This document shows positions 8,983-18,737 of a stretch of 64,000 nt of DNA, in pieces. The notes beneath the pieces are model-generated. The model was not told where the DNA came from. It worked only from the letters and a program-made list of their open reading frames with translations, and did no database searches. This DNA comes from a virus. The stretch is taken from positions 91,703-155,702 of IMG/VR virus record IMGVR_UViG_3300021505_000001; one strand, written 5' to 3'. The position numbers were made by a program, and so were the translations under genes. Within the stretch, counting starts at the first letter, position 1, and each line of letters opens with the position of its first letter.

Positions 8983-11900
8983 ATGGCTGAAAGCCGTGTT
9001 TTAACAAATATACCGTATACAACACATAATTATAGTAATTATGATATTGTTACTGAAGAAACAAGAGATATTGTTGATGTTCCTTATTTTCCAGCTCAGA
9101 ATTTAGTTGATGTTTCAAGGAAACTAAATCTCTATAATCCTATAGCTGATGTTTATGTTCCATTTATTGATGATTATGGACATGAGAGACTATTCGCTTT
9201 ACTGTTTAGAAAAGATGCTCGATATCTCTTTGTAGAATTTGCTGATAATGCCCGTTATTTAAGTTATGCTTTTTCGGGTAATTCTTTTCCGCAGGGTCGT
9301 GAAGATACTTCATATACTTATGATGGACATAATTTCTATCTGTTTGGTGGTTTTAGTGATGGTAGATGTATGAACGACATGTGGGAATATGATCTCAATT
9401 CAAATAGTTGGCGTATGGTCAATTTTTCAAATGTTGAAATTACAGCAAATGAAGCTCCTACAAGACGTAGAAAAGCAAGTATACTTAAAACACCTTCTAA
9501 ATTATATTTGTTTGGTGGTGAGACAGATGTTTTATCTATAAATACAGCTAATACAGATTCCTTTATAGTACCTTTAAATGATATTTGGGTATATGACTTT
9601 GATTATGAAACTTGGACAAATTTTGATAAAAATAGAGAAATCCCTCATCGTCCTGGAAATATCATTTACGCTGACAGTGCAGTTATTAAGATTATTGTCA
9701 AAGGAGGTATTAATGAAATAGGTATTAATGAACCAACAGCTATATGGACTATTGATATTGCTACAGATGATGTTACAAGTCAGGTATTTTCTCCACCATT
9801 TACACCATCATCAAATAATGTATGTCTGCTTGTTGACGGAAATTATTGTATATTAACTGATGGAGGAGATTTGTATAGATGGGATAATACAAATGGTTCC
9901 TTTCATCTTGAAAAAAGTAATGCTACTGCTGTAAATCCTATTACTAAACATTATTGGAAAATAAATATTATAGAAAAAGATTATGGTAATAATTCCACAA
10001 TGGGACATACTGATATTCAGATTGCTGAAGAATATCAATGGGATGATACACTTGTTTCTACTAGGGATATAAATCTTATTCCAAAAGGAGTTTCTATATC
10101 CTCTATAAATGTTGGTAATCTTCAAACATTCTTTTATGGAGGAATGATCGATAACCAACATTTTAATGAATCAACTTATATATATAATCACACAACAAGA
10201 AGTGTAGAAAAATTAGATTTTGTACCAGAAGAAAGACCAACTGAAAGAGTATTTTCATCATTTGCTTATGATAAGTTTCGTGGACGTGTATGGTTATTTG
10301 GTGGATTTGATGGTTCAAAATACTATAATGATTTATGGTATTTTGATCTGGGTTTAAAGAAATATTTTAAGGTACATGATCAACTTGAAAATACAGATGT
10401 GGATAATCCTAAATATCCTCAACCCCGATGGAAAGCAGGTATGGCTGTAGTAGCAGAAGATTATCTATATGTGATAGGTGGATATTCAGATGTTAGAGCT
10501 TTTAATGATTTTTGGATGTATCATATTCCAACTGGGGAATGGAAAAAAGAATATCCTGTAGATGATATTCCTTGGGGTTCTCAATATTTTATTTTTGAAT
10601 GGAGAGATAGGCTTTGGTTTTATAATGGACAAAAACTATATCGTTACTTTTATAAAATAAAACAATTTGTTGACCAACCATTTCTAATTCCAGATATATA
10701 CACAGATAATTCAACGAATCATAAAACGATTGTTGACGTAATTCAAAGTAAAGAATATCTTGACCCACCTATAGATGTTACTGTTACAAATGATGCTTTG
10801 TTTGTTCAGAATATTAGCAGTGGAAAAGGATATACTTTTCGTGTGGACTTAGAATCTCGTGTTCTTATGGATTTAAATTTTGATTTTGACTTTGATGAAA
10901 AAGTTTTATGGATGGATAGATACTATGGTGTAGGTGTTGGAAGTTTATCTGACTACTATATTAACGTTTCACTACTATATCCTCTTACAAAAAATCAAAT
11001 TCCAAATTCTTATTTCCATAGAGAAACAGATGAAATGCCTTTAAATGCTCTATGGTTTCAGGATTATTCAGTAGTATCCGGTGAAAATAAAGAATCCTAT
11101 ATGGATAATGCTGGTATTTTTAGAATACAAAAAGAAACAATTAAATTAGATAAAGCTGAACTTCTTGTTGATAGAGAAATATCTGTAGCTGGAACAAATG
11201 AATGGGTTCCAAATGTAAATTTTGATGACCCTGATGATGTTTGGAATGCAACTATAGACGTTATAACAAAACCAACATCTTATGTATATACACCATGGTT
11301 TTTATATCAAAAATATCTTCCACCTGGTTTTCCCTATAAGGGGGCACAAAAGGTTGTTTATAATAGTAGTGCCAAAAGGATATATATTATCTATAAAAAT
11401 GGTAATACAGTTAAATACAATCCATTTGATAATACTTTCTTTACATATTTTAGTAAAATATGGGAAGGCACTGCTATAGGATATAATGAAAAAATTAATA
11501 AAATATATGCTTTTGGTGGCTTAAAAAATGATAGAAAAGTATATATGCAATCAGGTGTAGAATGGAATCCAGTTGTAATAGGACAAAAGAATGGACAAGG
11601 TTTTTCTGCTGTAGGAACAAAAGAAGAACAAAGTCATTGTGGTTTAATGGAATTTGACCTTAATATGAATGAAATGAACCTTGGTAGTATTGAAGGTTAT
11701 TTAAGAGAAAAAAAGGTTGCATCTGTTGACTATTCAGTGACTAAAGAATATCTAACAGAAATTGTTAGACATTATATTGAAGGTTACTCTCAGAATATTA
11801 TTCCTAATTCATTAGATGATATTAAACAGAAAATTTATCAGGCAACACAACCAATAGTAGATGATTTATCTCAGTTTGATTTTGCTTTTGAAAATGGAAC

Positions 11901-14385
11901 CCGTCCTCTTTCAAAAGCTTATACACTTAGTACACAAATAGGTAGTAAACTTTATATATTTGGTGGGGGACAATGTTATACGGTAGAATGCACACCAGAA
12001 ATAGCTAATACTCCTTATTGGGTATGTAAACCTGGCGCATTACAAAATGAAGCTGCTGATGATCATGATGACTCAACACCACCACCTTATAATCCAGATG
12101 TGGAAGCACGTAGAGCTTATGAATTCGATATGGATACAAGAACTTGGAAAGAGTTAAGTTTATTACCTGAATGGTTATATGCTGGTACTGCTATTCCTAG
12201 TCCAGATAATAGATATATTTATCTTGTTGGAGGTTATACAGTAGAAGATTGTGGTTCTCCTTCTGATAAGATTTACGTTTATGATACTTATACTGATAGA
12301 TATTCAGAAATAAAAGGTATTCCTTCTACATATGCTGGAAGAGCCCTTCCTGTTCTGAAATGGATTGATGATGAACATTTAATGATTCAATTTGGATGTC
12401 GAACACATACTGTATGTGAATCAGGAGGCGGGTGTACATTCTGTCACCATGTCCATATTCCTATAAGAGATACTTGGATAATGGATACCAGAAACTTTTT
12501 ATTTTATAAAGCTTTTGAGGACATTTCAACTTTTACTGGGATGCTTGTAAAGGATTCTTTCTATGTTGGGGATGAAAGAGATGAAAGTAAAGTGTGGATA
12601 ATGAGTACATCCCCAATTGAAGATAATAATGGAAATCCAACTTTAATTGTATATGAGTGGAATCTTGTTAATGGAGATGTTGATGTCTTACCAGTAATCC
12701 CTTCAAATGAAATTATAAACGACTATAATATGTTTAGTTTCATGGATGATGAGAGTAAAGCTGATTCTCTTTTTGAAGATGGTGGAGGTACATCTACTAA
12801 AGATTTACTGATGTTCTCAGCATTAAAGAGTAATTTCCGTTTCCGTTATGCATGGAGTGAAGAATATGGAACTTACAATCATAAACATTTATTTATAGTG
12901 GGAGAAAGAGCAGAAAAATCAGGTATAGAATTTATAGAGGAGATAGCACGTGGACATAAAGAAGCTCATTTACGTTTTTGGTATGTTGATATGGAGGTTC
13001 CTGCTAATGGACGTGTAATGGTAAATGTTACTTATGAATATCCACTTCCAATATCACCTGTTTGTATAGCTTATGATGGAGATAAATACCTATATGTTAT
13101 TTACAATAAATACAATATATGGCGTTTAAATTTTAAAAAAGTTTTAGAAGATGTAAATGGAAATTGGTGGTATCAATTACCCCCATGTATGGATTGCAAT
13201 TTCTTGGGGGATGACAGAACAGATGATGCATGGCAGTCTTTCTTTACACCACCAAAATATCTCACTCTTGTATCTCAAGATGGAAAGTATGCTAGGATGG
13301 ATGCTGAAACCTTTACATGGTTTTTAGATAAGAAAGACCCTCCTGAGCCTCCACTTCCAAAAATGAAATTAAAGGCAGCATCCGGTGTTGATCAGAATGA
13401 AATTTATATGTATCAACTTGGTTCTATTGCTGGTAAAGTAATGAATGTTTATGAAAGGCAATGGGATAATTTCTATTTTGATATGACAATTACAAATGAT
13501 GTTGTCAAAAACTTTCAGGCTGTTATAGATAAAAATTTGTGGCCAACTATAATAAGACGTAGGAGATTATATACAATAAATTCTTTTGGGCATGTATTTT
13601 ATGCTTGGTTGCGAATAGAAGGTAAATTTGATGTTGAGTACCAATTAAATGATTTTTATCAAGGAGATGAAGTTCGGATTTATGGTGATTATGCATTTTT
13701 ACAACAGTGGGATAATGCCAAAGTATCTGTTTTTACTATAAATAATGGTTGGGTAGAAATTGACCAATCTAATCTTACTCCAATTACAAATGAAACAGGA
13801 TGGGATTGGGATAGTAATTTCATGAGGCGTTACCGGCGTGAATTTGTTGGTGCAACTGGAGATATACAAGTTCAATACTCTAAAGTTCCACCAAATTATC
13901 TTTCTGTTGATTTAGATAGTGCTATTGGTGATGTACCAATATCAAAAATAAGAGTATTCTTTCAAAATGACCCAAAACCATATAATTATATGTCTCATAT
14001 TAACAGAGTAGAACTAATAACTAATCAAGTTATTATGGCTGCTTATGATGACCCAAATTCAGCTTCCCCTTTAACAATCGTTCATATAGAACCTTTGTCA
14101 CCAGAGCAGGATTATAGTAATGAATTTGCAATTTATGTTAGAAATGATGGTTCTGATACAGCACGGGAAGTACAAACTTATGTAATGAATAATGAATGGG
14201 TTCAGTTTACTAAAGACCCAAATGATCAAACATCTTGGACAATACGTGATGAAAATCATCCGTTTTGGTTAGAAGATGAATTATTACCAGGAACAGTAAC
14301 ACGTTTCTATGTAAGAGCTGTTAATATTGATATGAGACCTCATCTTAAAGACTTGGTTGTTAAAGCTATTTATCCATTTAGCTAG
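8983..14385 (+). CDS. Large Kelch-repeat (beta-propeller) protein, probable virion component (start revised to ATG 8983)
   Basis: Repeated Kelch motifs: FYLFGG..NDMWEYD, LYLFGG..NDIWVYD, VWLFGG..NDLWYFD, LYVIGG..NDFWMY, IYAFGG, LYIFGG, IYLVGG. AGGAG SD and TAAAACATT at 8934. Confidence 0.8.
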   Translation: MAESRVLTNIPYTTHNYSNYDIVTEETRDIVDVPYFPAQNLVDVSRKLNLYNPIADVYVPFIDDYGHERLFALLFRKDARYLFVEFADNARYLSYAFSGNSFPQGREDTSYTYDGHNFYLFGGFSDGRCMNDMWEYDLNSNSWRMVNFSNVEITANEAPTRRRKASILKTPSKLYLFGGETDVLSINTANTDSFIVPLNDIWVYDFDYETWTNFDKNREIPHRPGNIIYADSAVIKIIVKGGINEIGINEPTAIWTIDIATDDVTSQVFSPPFTPSSNNVCLLVDGNYCILTDGGDLYRWDNTNGSFHLEKSNATAVNPITKHYWKINIIEKDYGNNSTMGHTDIQIAEEYQWDDTLVSTRDINLIPKGVSISSINVGNLQTFFYGGMIDNQHFNESTYIYNHTTRSVEKLDFVPEERPTERVFSSFAYDKFRGRVWLFGGFDGSKYYNDLWYFDLGLKKYFKVHDQLENTDVDNPKYPQPRWKAGMAVVAEDYLYVIGGYSDVRAFNDFWMYHIPTGEWKKEYPVDDIPWGSQYFIFEWRDRLWFYNGQKLYRYFYKIKQFVDQPFLIPDIYTDNSTNHKTIVDVIQSKEYLDPPIDVTVTNDALFVQNISSGKGYTFRVDLESRVLMDLNFDFDFDEKVLWMDRYYGVGVGSLSDYYINVSLLYPLTKNQIPNSYFHRETDEMPLNALWFQDYSVVSGENKESYMDNAGIFRIQKETIKLDKAELLVDREISVAGTNEWVPNVNFDDPDDVWNATIDVITKPTSYVYTPWFLYQKYLPPGFPYKGAQKVVYNSSAKRIYIIYKNGNTVKYNPFDNTFFTYFSKIWEGTAIGYNEKINKIYAFGGLKNDRKVYMQSGVEWNPVVIGQKNGQGFSAVGTKEEQSHCGLMEFDLNMNEMNLGSIEGYLREKKVASVDYSVTKEYLTEIVRHYIEGYSQNIIPNSLDDIKQKIYQATQPIVDDLSQFDFAFENGTRPLSKAYTLSTQIGSKLYIFGGGQCYTVECTPEIANTPYWVCKPGALQNEAADDHDDSTPPPYNPDVEARRAYEFDMDTRTWKELSLLPEWLYAGTAIPSPDNRYIYLVGGYTVEDCGSPSDKIYVYDTYTDRYSEIKGIPSTYAGRALPVLKWIDDEHLMIQFGCRTHTVCESGGGCTFCHHVHIPIRDTWIMDTRNFLFYKAFEDISTFTGMLVKDSFYVGDERDESKVWIMSTSPIEDNNGNPTLIVYEWNLVNGDVDVLPVIPSNEIINDYNMFSFMDDESKADSLFEDGGGTSTKDLLMFSALKSNFRFRYAWSEEYGTYNHKHLFIVGERAEKSGIEFIEEIARGHKEAHLRFWYVDMEVPANGRVMVNVTYEYPLPISPVCIAYDGDKYLYVIYNKYNIWRLNFKKVLEDVNGNWWYQLPPCMDCNFLGDDRTDDAWQSFFTPPKYLTLVSQDGKYARMDAETFTWFLDKKDPPEPPLPKMKLKAASGVDQNEIYMYQLGSIAGKVMNVYERQWDNFYFDMTITNDVVKNFQAVIDKNLWPTIIRRRRLYTINSFGHVFYAWLRIEGKFDVEYQLNDFYQGDEVRIYGDYAFLQQWDNAKVSVFTINNGWVEIDQSNLTPITNETGWDWDSNFMRRYRREFVGATGDIQVQYSKVPPNYLSVDLDSAIGDVPISKIRVFFQNDPKPYNYMSHINRVELITNQVIMAAYDDPNSASPLTIVHIEPLSPEQDYSNEFAIYVRNDGSDTAREVQTYVMNNEWVQFTKDPNDQTSWTIRDENHPFWLEDELLPGTVTRFYVRAVNIDMRPHLKDLVVKAIYPFS

Positions 14386-14398
14386 GGATGATTAACTG

Positions 14399-15622
14399 AT
14401 GCTATTTACAGACTCATCTGAAAAAAGATGTTTTACATTTTCGGATTCTCCAAGGTCTAATCGCTACATTACCTTGAAGTACTTCACGTATTGTGACAAA
14501 GAAATTTATGTAAAATATCAACTTGTTCTTAATTCTGAAAGAAGATGTTTATGTAATGGCTCATTACAAGTAACTTACAGAAAGTGTTTTATACCTGATG
14601 TTATTTTAACTAAAGATACAAATAGATATTGTATAAGTGGTTGGGGTGAAGCAAATAGTGCTGAAAGGAAATGTTTTTATATTCCTAACTATAATTGGAT
14701 TTTAACAACCCCAACCGTTTATCTTACACTTATTTATTATTCTGAAAAGAGTTCTATATGTTGTACTGATCCAATAAGTATTAGAACAGTTATCCTTCAT
14801 TATACTATCTATAGTGATAGGTATAGTGTAGTACAAAGAATAAACAAAACTCTTATTGATTCTCCTCAAGTCTCTCTTGCTATACGTTTCTTTAGTGATA
14901 AACAACTTTTTTGTGAGGCACAACTTAAATACACCCAAAGATTTACTTTATTAACATATACTACTTCTTCTGAAAAAGAAGTGTTAGCAATGCGTTTTAA
15001 TCAAACTACTTTATATACACCTACTGTTCAAACTACTATTTTTGATTATTTAACCGAAAGAAAATGTGTAACAAAAAGTGAATATACTTTAACAGAACGC
15101 ATTTGCTTAATAATGACAGCATATTTTACAGAGAGAAACATTGGATTTAGAATGGGTGTACATTCTGAAAGATATTGTTGTAGTATTATTCCAAAGAGTA
15201 CTCATTTACATTCATTTATAATTACTCCATCAAGACTTGAATACAGTGAAAAGTGGGGGTTCTGTATTGGAACTAAGTATTTAACAGAAAGACAAGTTTT
15301 TTATGAAATGAGAAAGCTTTTTGTAACAAAAACACCCACTTCTTCAACAGATTCTCATTTTATAACTTCAGATAAAGATGATTCACAAACAACTATCTAT
15401 CTAACAAATGAGAGAAGTATTTCCTTACATGGAAATGTTGAAAGAACAGAACTACAATCTAAAATTGATAGAAATATCTATGTTATTGGAATTAAAGATA
15501 AAGAAGTTACAATAGCTGGTACTGATGATAAGGGAGCTAAAATTGTATTTAAAGATAATGAACAGAAAGAAAAAAAATTAATATATACAGCTCCTGCTAC
15601 AATTGATATAAATTTTATTTAA
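14399..15622 (+). CDS. Cys/Thr/Tyr-rich short-repeat protein, probable fibre
   Basis: Many (S/T)(E/D)(R/K)xx-hydrophobic repeats: SEKRC, SERRC, AERKC, TERKC, TERIC, SERYC. Confidence 0.65.
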   Translation: MLFTDSSEKRCFTFSDSPRSNRYITLKYFTYCDKEIYVKYQLVLNSERRCLCNGSLQVTYRKCFIPDVILTKDTNRYCISGWGEANSAERKCFYIPNYNWILTTPTVYLTLIYYSEKSSICCTDPISIRTVILHYTIYSDRYSVVQRINKTLIDSPQVSLAIRFFSDKQLFCEAQLKYTQRFTLLTYTTSSEKEVLAMRFNQTTLYTPTVQTTIFDYLTERKCVTKSEYTLTERICLIMTAYFTERNIGFRMGVHSERYCCSIIPKSTHLHSFIITPSRLEYSEKWGFCIGTKYLTERQVFYEMRKLFVTKTPTSSTDSHFITSDKDDSQTTIYLTNERSISLHGNVERTELQSKIDRNIYVIGIKDKEVTIAGTDDKGAKIVFKDNEQKEKKLIYTAPATIDINFI

Positions 15623-15634
15623 AAGGAGATTGAA

Positions 15635-15853
15635 ATGGCTGTTAATGTTTCAATAAATGGAAAATCTTGGGGAGACTTGATGTTAGATGTATCTGATACA
15701 CGTAATCAAGTTGAAGTTTATCAAAAAACAAATGAAGGAAAATTTTCCACATTTGAGGAATCTTTAGGTGGGGATATAGGTATTAGTAAAGAAGGAAAAC
15801 AACCATTTATAGGTTCTTCTTCTGCTTTTTCTTTGGAAAGTTATTTAAACTAA
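15635..15853 (+). CDS. Hypothetical small structural protein
   Basis: 72-aa ORF with AGGAG SD. Confidence 0.7.
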   Translation: MAVNVSINGKSWGDLMLDVSDTRNQVEVYQKTNEGKFSTFEESLGGDIGISKEGKQPFIGSSSAFSLESYLN

Positions 15854-15931
15854 AACATTAAAATTCTAACCTGTAAAACATTATATAATAAAAAGCTAAC
15901 GCTTTAAAATTTCTAAAAAGGAGAAAAGTCT

Positions 15932-16498
15932 ATGGCTATTACATTTGATTGGAAAGGACATGATGGTACAGGTTGGAATTTTACCGTAGGAACTACAAAT
16001 GTTATAGGTTTCTATGGACCTGGTGGATATGGTTCACCAATCCAGGTTGGTCAATATAATGATAGTATGCACATTAGAACATCAACTTCTGATGATACTG
16101 ATGCTTGTGCCCCACCACATATGACAAATCTTAAATATACTTCTGATACAGAGGTTTCTATAGCTGGTGGCGCTCCTGTTGCTCTTACATCAGTTGTTAA
16201 TGAAAATTGCATACGTATTGGAGTTAATTCTGATACAAATATAGCTATAATTGGTTCACGTTTATATGCTTATGATGGAACTAATGTAGATAATCCACCT
16301 GCAAATTTACTTTTTAAAGCTTTTAAATTAGGAGATACAACTTGGTCTCAACCACATGGAAGAACAAATGCTTTAGATTGTGGTACATCAACAACACCTG
16401 CTACAGATCATTATTTTTATATTGGAATGAGTCTTAGCCCTACTGCCACCGGTGCTTCGACATTGTTTGTTACACGCTTTGAGGTAGATGTTCAATAA
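15932..16498 (+). CDS. Putative virion structural protein (Thr/Gly-rich, beta-rich)
   Basis: 188 aa with strong SD, two upstream TAAAACATT motifs (15851, 15874) and a downstream hairpin. Confidence 0.7.
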   Translation: MAITFDWKGHDGTGWNFTVGTTNVIGFYGPGGYGSPIQVGQYNDSMHIRTSTSDDTDACAPPHMTNLKYTSDTEVSIAGGAPVALTSVVNENCIRIGVNSDTNIAIIGSRLYAYDGTNVDNPPANLLFKAFKLGDTTWSQPHGRTNALDCGTSTTPATDHYFYIGMSLSPTATGASTLFVTRFEVDVQ

Positions 16499-16546
16499 TG
16501 TGTGTAACTTTTTGTTTTTACTAATAAAATTTATAACTCTTTAAAA

Positions 16547-16575
16547 TTGACAAAAATCCCCTTTATTGTTATAAT
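16547..16575 (+). promoter_or_regulatory. Consensus sigma70 promoter of homing endonuclease 1
   Basis: TTGACA-17 nt-TATAAT with extended -10 TG. Confidence 0.8.
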
Positions 16576-16601
16576 TGATTAAACAATAAAGGGGATTTTT
16601 T
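16552..16601 (+). terminator. 19-bp perfect hairpin: terminator of the upstream gene that also contains the RBS of 16602
   Basis: aaaaatcccctttattgtt pairs with aacaataaaggggattttt; ATG follows immediately. Confidence 0.8.
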
Positions 16602-18434
16602 ATGTTAACTGTAGATGAAACCACTAAAAAATTAAAAGAGTTACTTAAAACAACTCATCCAATGCAGATAGCTTCTAAGCTCAGACTTGGAAAAGCTTAT
16701 AGAAATATTTATGAAAGTCTAATTAAACACACATCATTTTTAGATTCCTATAATCCAACTATTACAGAAAGAATATATTGTTTACTGAATGAAATATATA
16801 GTAGACCAAAATGTGAAACTTGTGGAAAAACGGTTAAATTTCATTCTCTTACTGAAGGATATCCCAAATATTGTTCAAACCGTTGTGTAGGAAAGTCAAA
16901 AAATCGTATTAAAAAACAACAAAAAACCTGTCTAAAAAAATATGGGGACATATCTCCTCTCAGTAAAAAATCTTCATGTTACAATAGAGTGAAAGAGGGT
17001 GTTATTAAAAAATATGGTGTTGATAATGTTCAAAAAGTAAAAGAAATACAAGAGAAGAGAAAACAAACATGTCAAGAAAGATATGGTGTTTCGCATCCAA
17101 TGCAGTGCCATAATATATCTACAAAATATGCTTCAACACTTAAAGTATCTTTATTGAAAAAATATGGTGTTGATAATGTAGCTAAACTTCCTCATATACA
17201 AACCAAAATCTCTAAAACACATAAATCTGAAAAAACAAAAGTAAAAATAAGACAAACCTTAAAAAAGAAATATGGTTTGGATGTCTGTAATGTTAGTCAA
17301 ATCCCTGCCGTTAAGAAAAAGATTAGAATTACAATGGCAGAAAAATATGGTGGTTGGAAGAATCAAGAACACATTAAAAATTTTGAAAAATACAATGATA
17401 GTAGTTTTTGGAATAAAGAATTTGTTTTATCAAACAGGACACTCGATGTTGCTGGAGCGTGCCAATTCTTTGGAGTGAGCGATCAAACTATTAAACATCA
17501 TGCTACAGAGATTTTAAGATTAAATATTAACCTACCCCGAAATAGCTCAAAAATTAAACAAGAAATAGCTTTATTCGTTAAACAATTACTTGGTAAACAA
17601 GAAGTCTTTTGTAATACTAGAAAAGTGATACCACCATTTGAAATAGATGTTTATGTTCCATCTAAACATCTTGCTATTGAGTTAGATGGTGTTTATTGGC
17701 ATTCAATTGGTAAGTATCCATGGAATAACTTGGCTAATGAGTATTATGAAAAAAACAGATTAGTTAGAAAATTTGAAAAAATAAAGGAAAAAGGATTAAA
17801 TCTTTTAAATTTCAGAGATATTGAATGGATTCACAAACAACAAATCTGTAAAAGTATGATTAAAAGCAAATTAAGTCTTATAGATAGAAAAATATCTGCC
17901 AGAAAGTGTGAATTAGTTGAATTATCTACTGATAAAACAAATTCATTTTTGAATCAAAATCATTTACAAGGAAGTGTTCCTGGTGGTAAAATTAGATTAA
18001 GTTTGATGTCTAATAACGAAATTGTTTGTGTAGCAACATTTGGGAAGTGGAGATTTGGAAAAAATAGTTGGGAATTACTTAGATTTTCCAATAAAATTGA
18101 TACTGTTGTTGTAGGAGGAATTTCTAAAATAATCAAACATTTTCTTAAAAGTTATAAAACAAATAAACTTATATCATATGCTAATAAACGTTGGTCTAAT
18201 GGAAATGTTTATAGAAAGATAGGATTTGAATTTATAAGGGATACAGGATTGGGTTATTGTTATGTTCATCCTTCTACAAAACAATTGATTTCAAGACAAA
18301 CTTTTCAGAAACATAAACTATACAGTTTATTAGGGGATAAATTTGATAAGAATAAAACAGAAAAGCAAAATATGATTAATGCAGGATATAGAGTTCTATA
18401 TGAACCTGGAAATTTGCTTTTTCAAATTAAATAG
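16602..18434 (+). CDS. Hef-like free-standing homing endonuclease (KKYG repeats plus PD-(D/E)xK-type nuclease domain)
   Basis: Zn-finger CETC...YCSNRC; repeated TCLKKYG/KKYGVDNV; PPFEIDVYVPSKHLAIELDGVYWH; ELLRF, YANKRWSNG. Paralogue of 28229-29995. Confidence 0.75.
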   Translation: MLTVDETTKKLKELLKTTHPMQIASKLRLGKAYRNIYESLIKHTSFLDSYNPTITERIYCLLNEIYSRPKCETCGKTVKFHSLTEGYPKYCSNRCVGKSKNRIKKQQKTCLKKYGDISPLSKKSSCYNRVKEGVIKKYGVDNVQKVKEIQEKRKQTCQERYGVSHPMQCHNISTKYASTLKVSLLKKYGVDNVAKLPHIQTKISKTHKSEKTKVKIRQTLKKKYGLDVCNVSQIPAVKKKIRITMAEKYGGWKNQEHIKNFEKYNDSSFWNKEFVLSNRTLDVAGACQFFGVSDQTIKHHATEILRLNINLPRNSSKIKQEIALFVKQLLGKQEVFCNTRKVIPPFEIDVYVPSKHLAIELDGVYWHSIGKYPWNNLANEYYEKNRLVRKFEKIKEKGLNLLNFRDIEWIHKQQICKSMIKSKLSLIDRKISARKCELVELSTDKTNSFLNQNHLQGSVPGGKIRLSLMSNNEIVCVATFGKWRFGKNSWELLRFSNKIDTVVVGGISKIIKHFLKSYKTNKLISYANKRWSNGNVYRKIGFEFIRDTGLGYCYVHPSTKQLISRQTFQKHKLYSLLGDKFDKNKTEKQNMINAGYRVLYEPGNLLFQIK

Positions 18435-18466
18435 GTAACTTATAAACTTAAACAAAGGTAACAAAT

Positions 18467-18598
18467 ATGAAATGCAAAAATGGATATAAACATGATAAAT
18501 CAAAATTTAACACAAGAAAATGGCTTAAACGATATTTTGAAAAAAGAACTACCAGAAAATTTAAAGGGAGTTTAAAAAAATTATTAAATGAAGAGTAA
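18467..18598 (+). CDS. Small basic hypothetical protein (43 aa, not in ORF track)
   Basis: MKCKNGYKHDKSKFNTRKWLKRYFEKRTTRKF...; AAAGG upstream. Confidence 0.4.
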   Translation: MKCKNGYKHDKSKFNTRKWLKRYFEKRTTRKFKGSLKKLLNEE

Positions 18599-18666
18599 CA
18601 TATAATTATTTCTTTAACCTAAAACATTATTGTAATAGCTTTGCGCACCTACCTTCTTTCTTTCCT

Positions 18667-18712
18667 AAAAAAAGCCCTACTGATTCGCCTTGTCAGTAGG
18701 GCCTTTCCTTTT
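18667..18712. terminator. Intrinsic terminator between convergent units
   Basis: gccctactga / tcagtagggc stem with an A tract on the left and pyrimidine tract on the right. Confidence 0.8.
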
Positions 18713-18737
18713 GTGATGCCTTTAAGAATCAAGTGAA

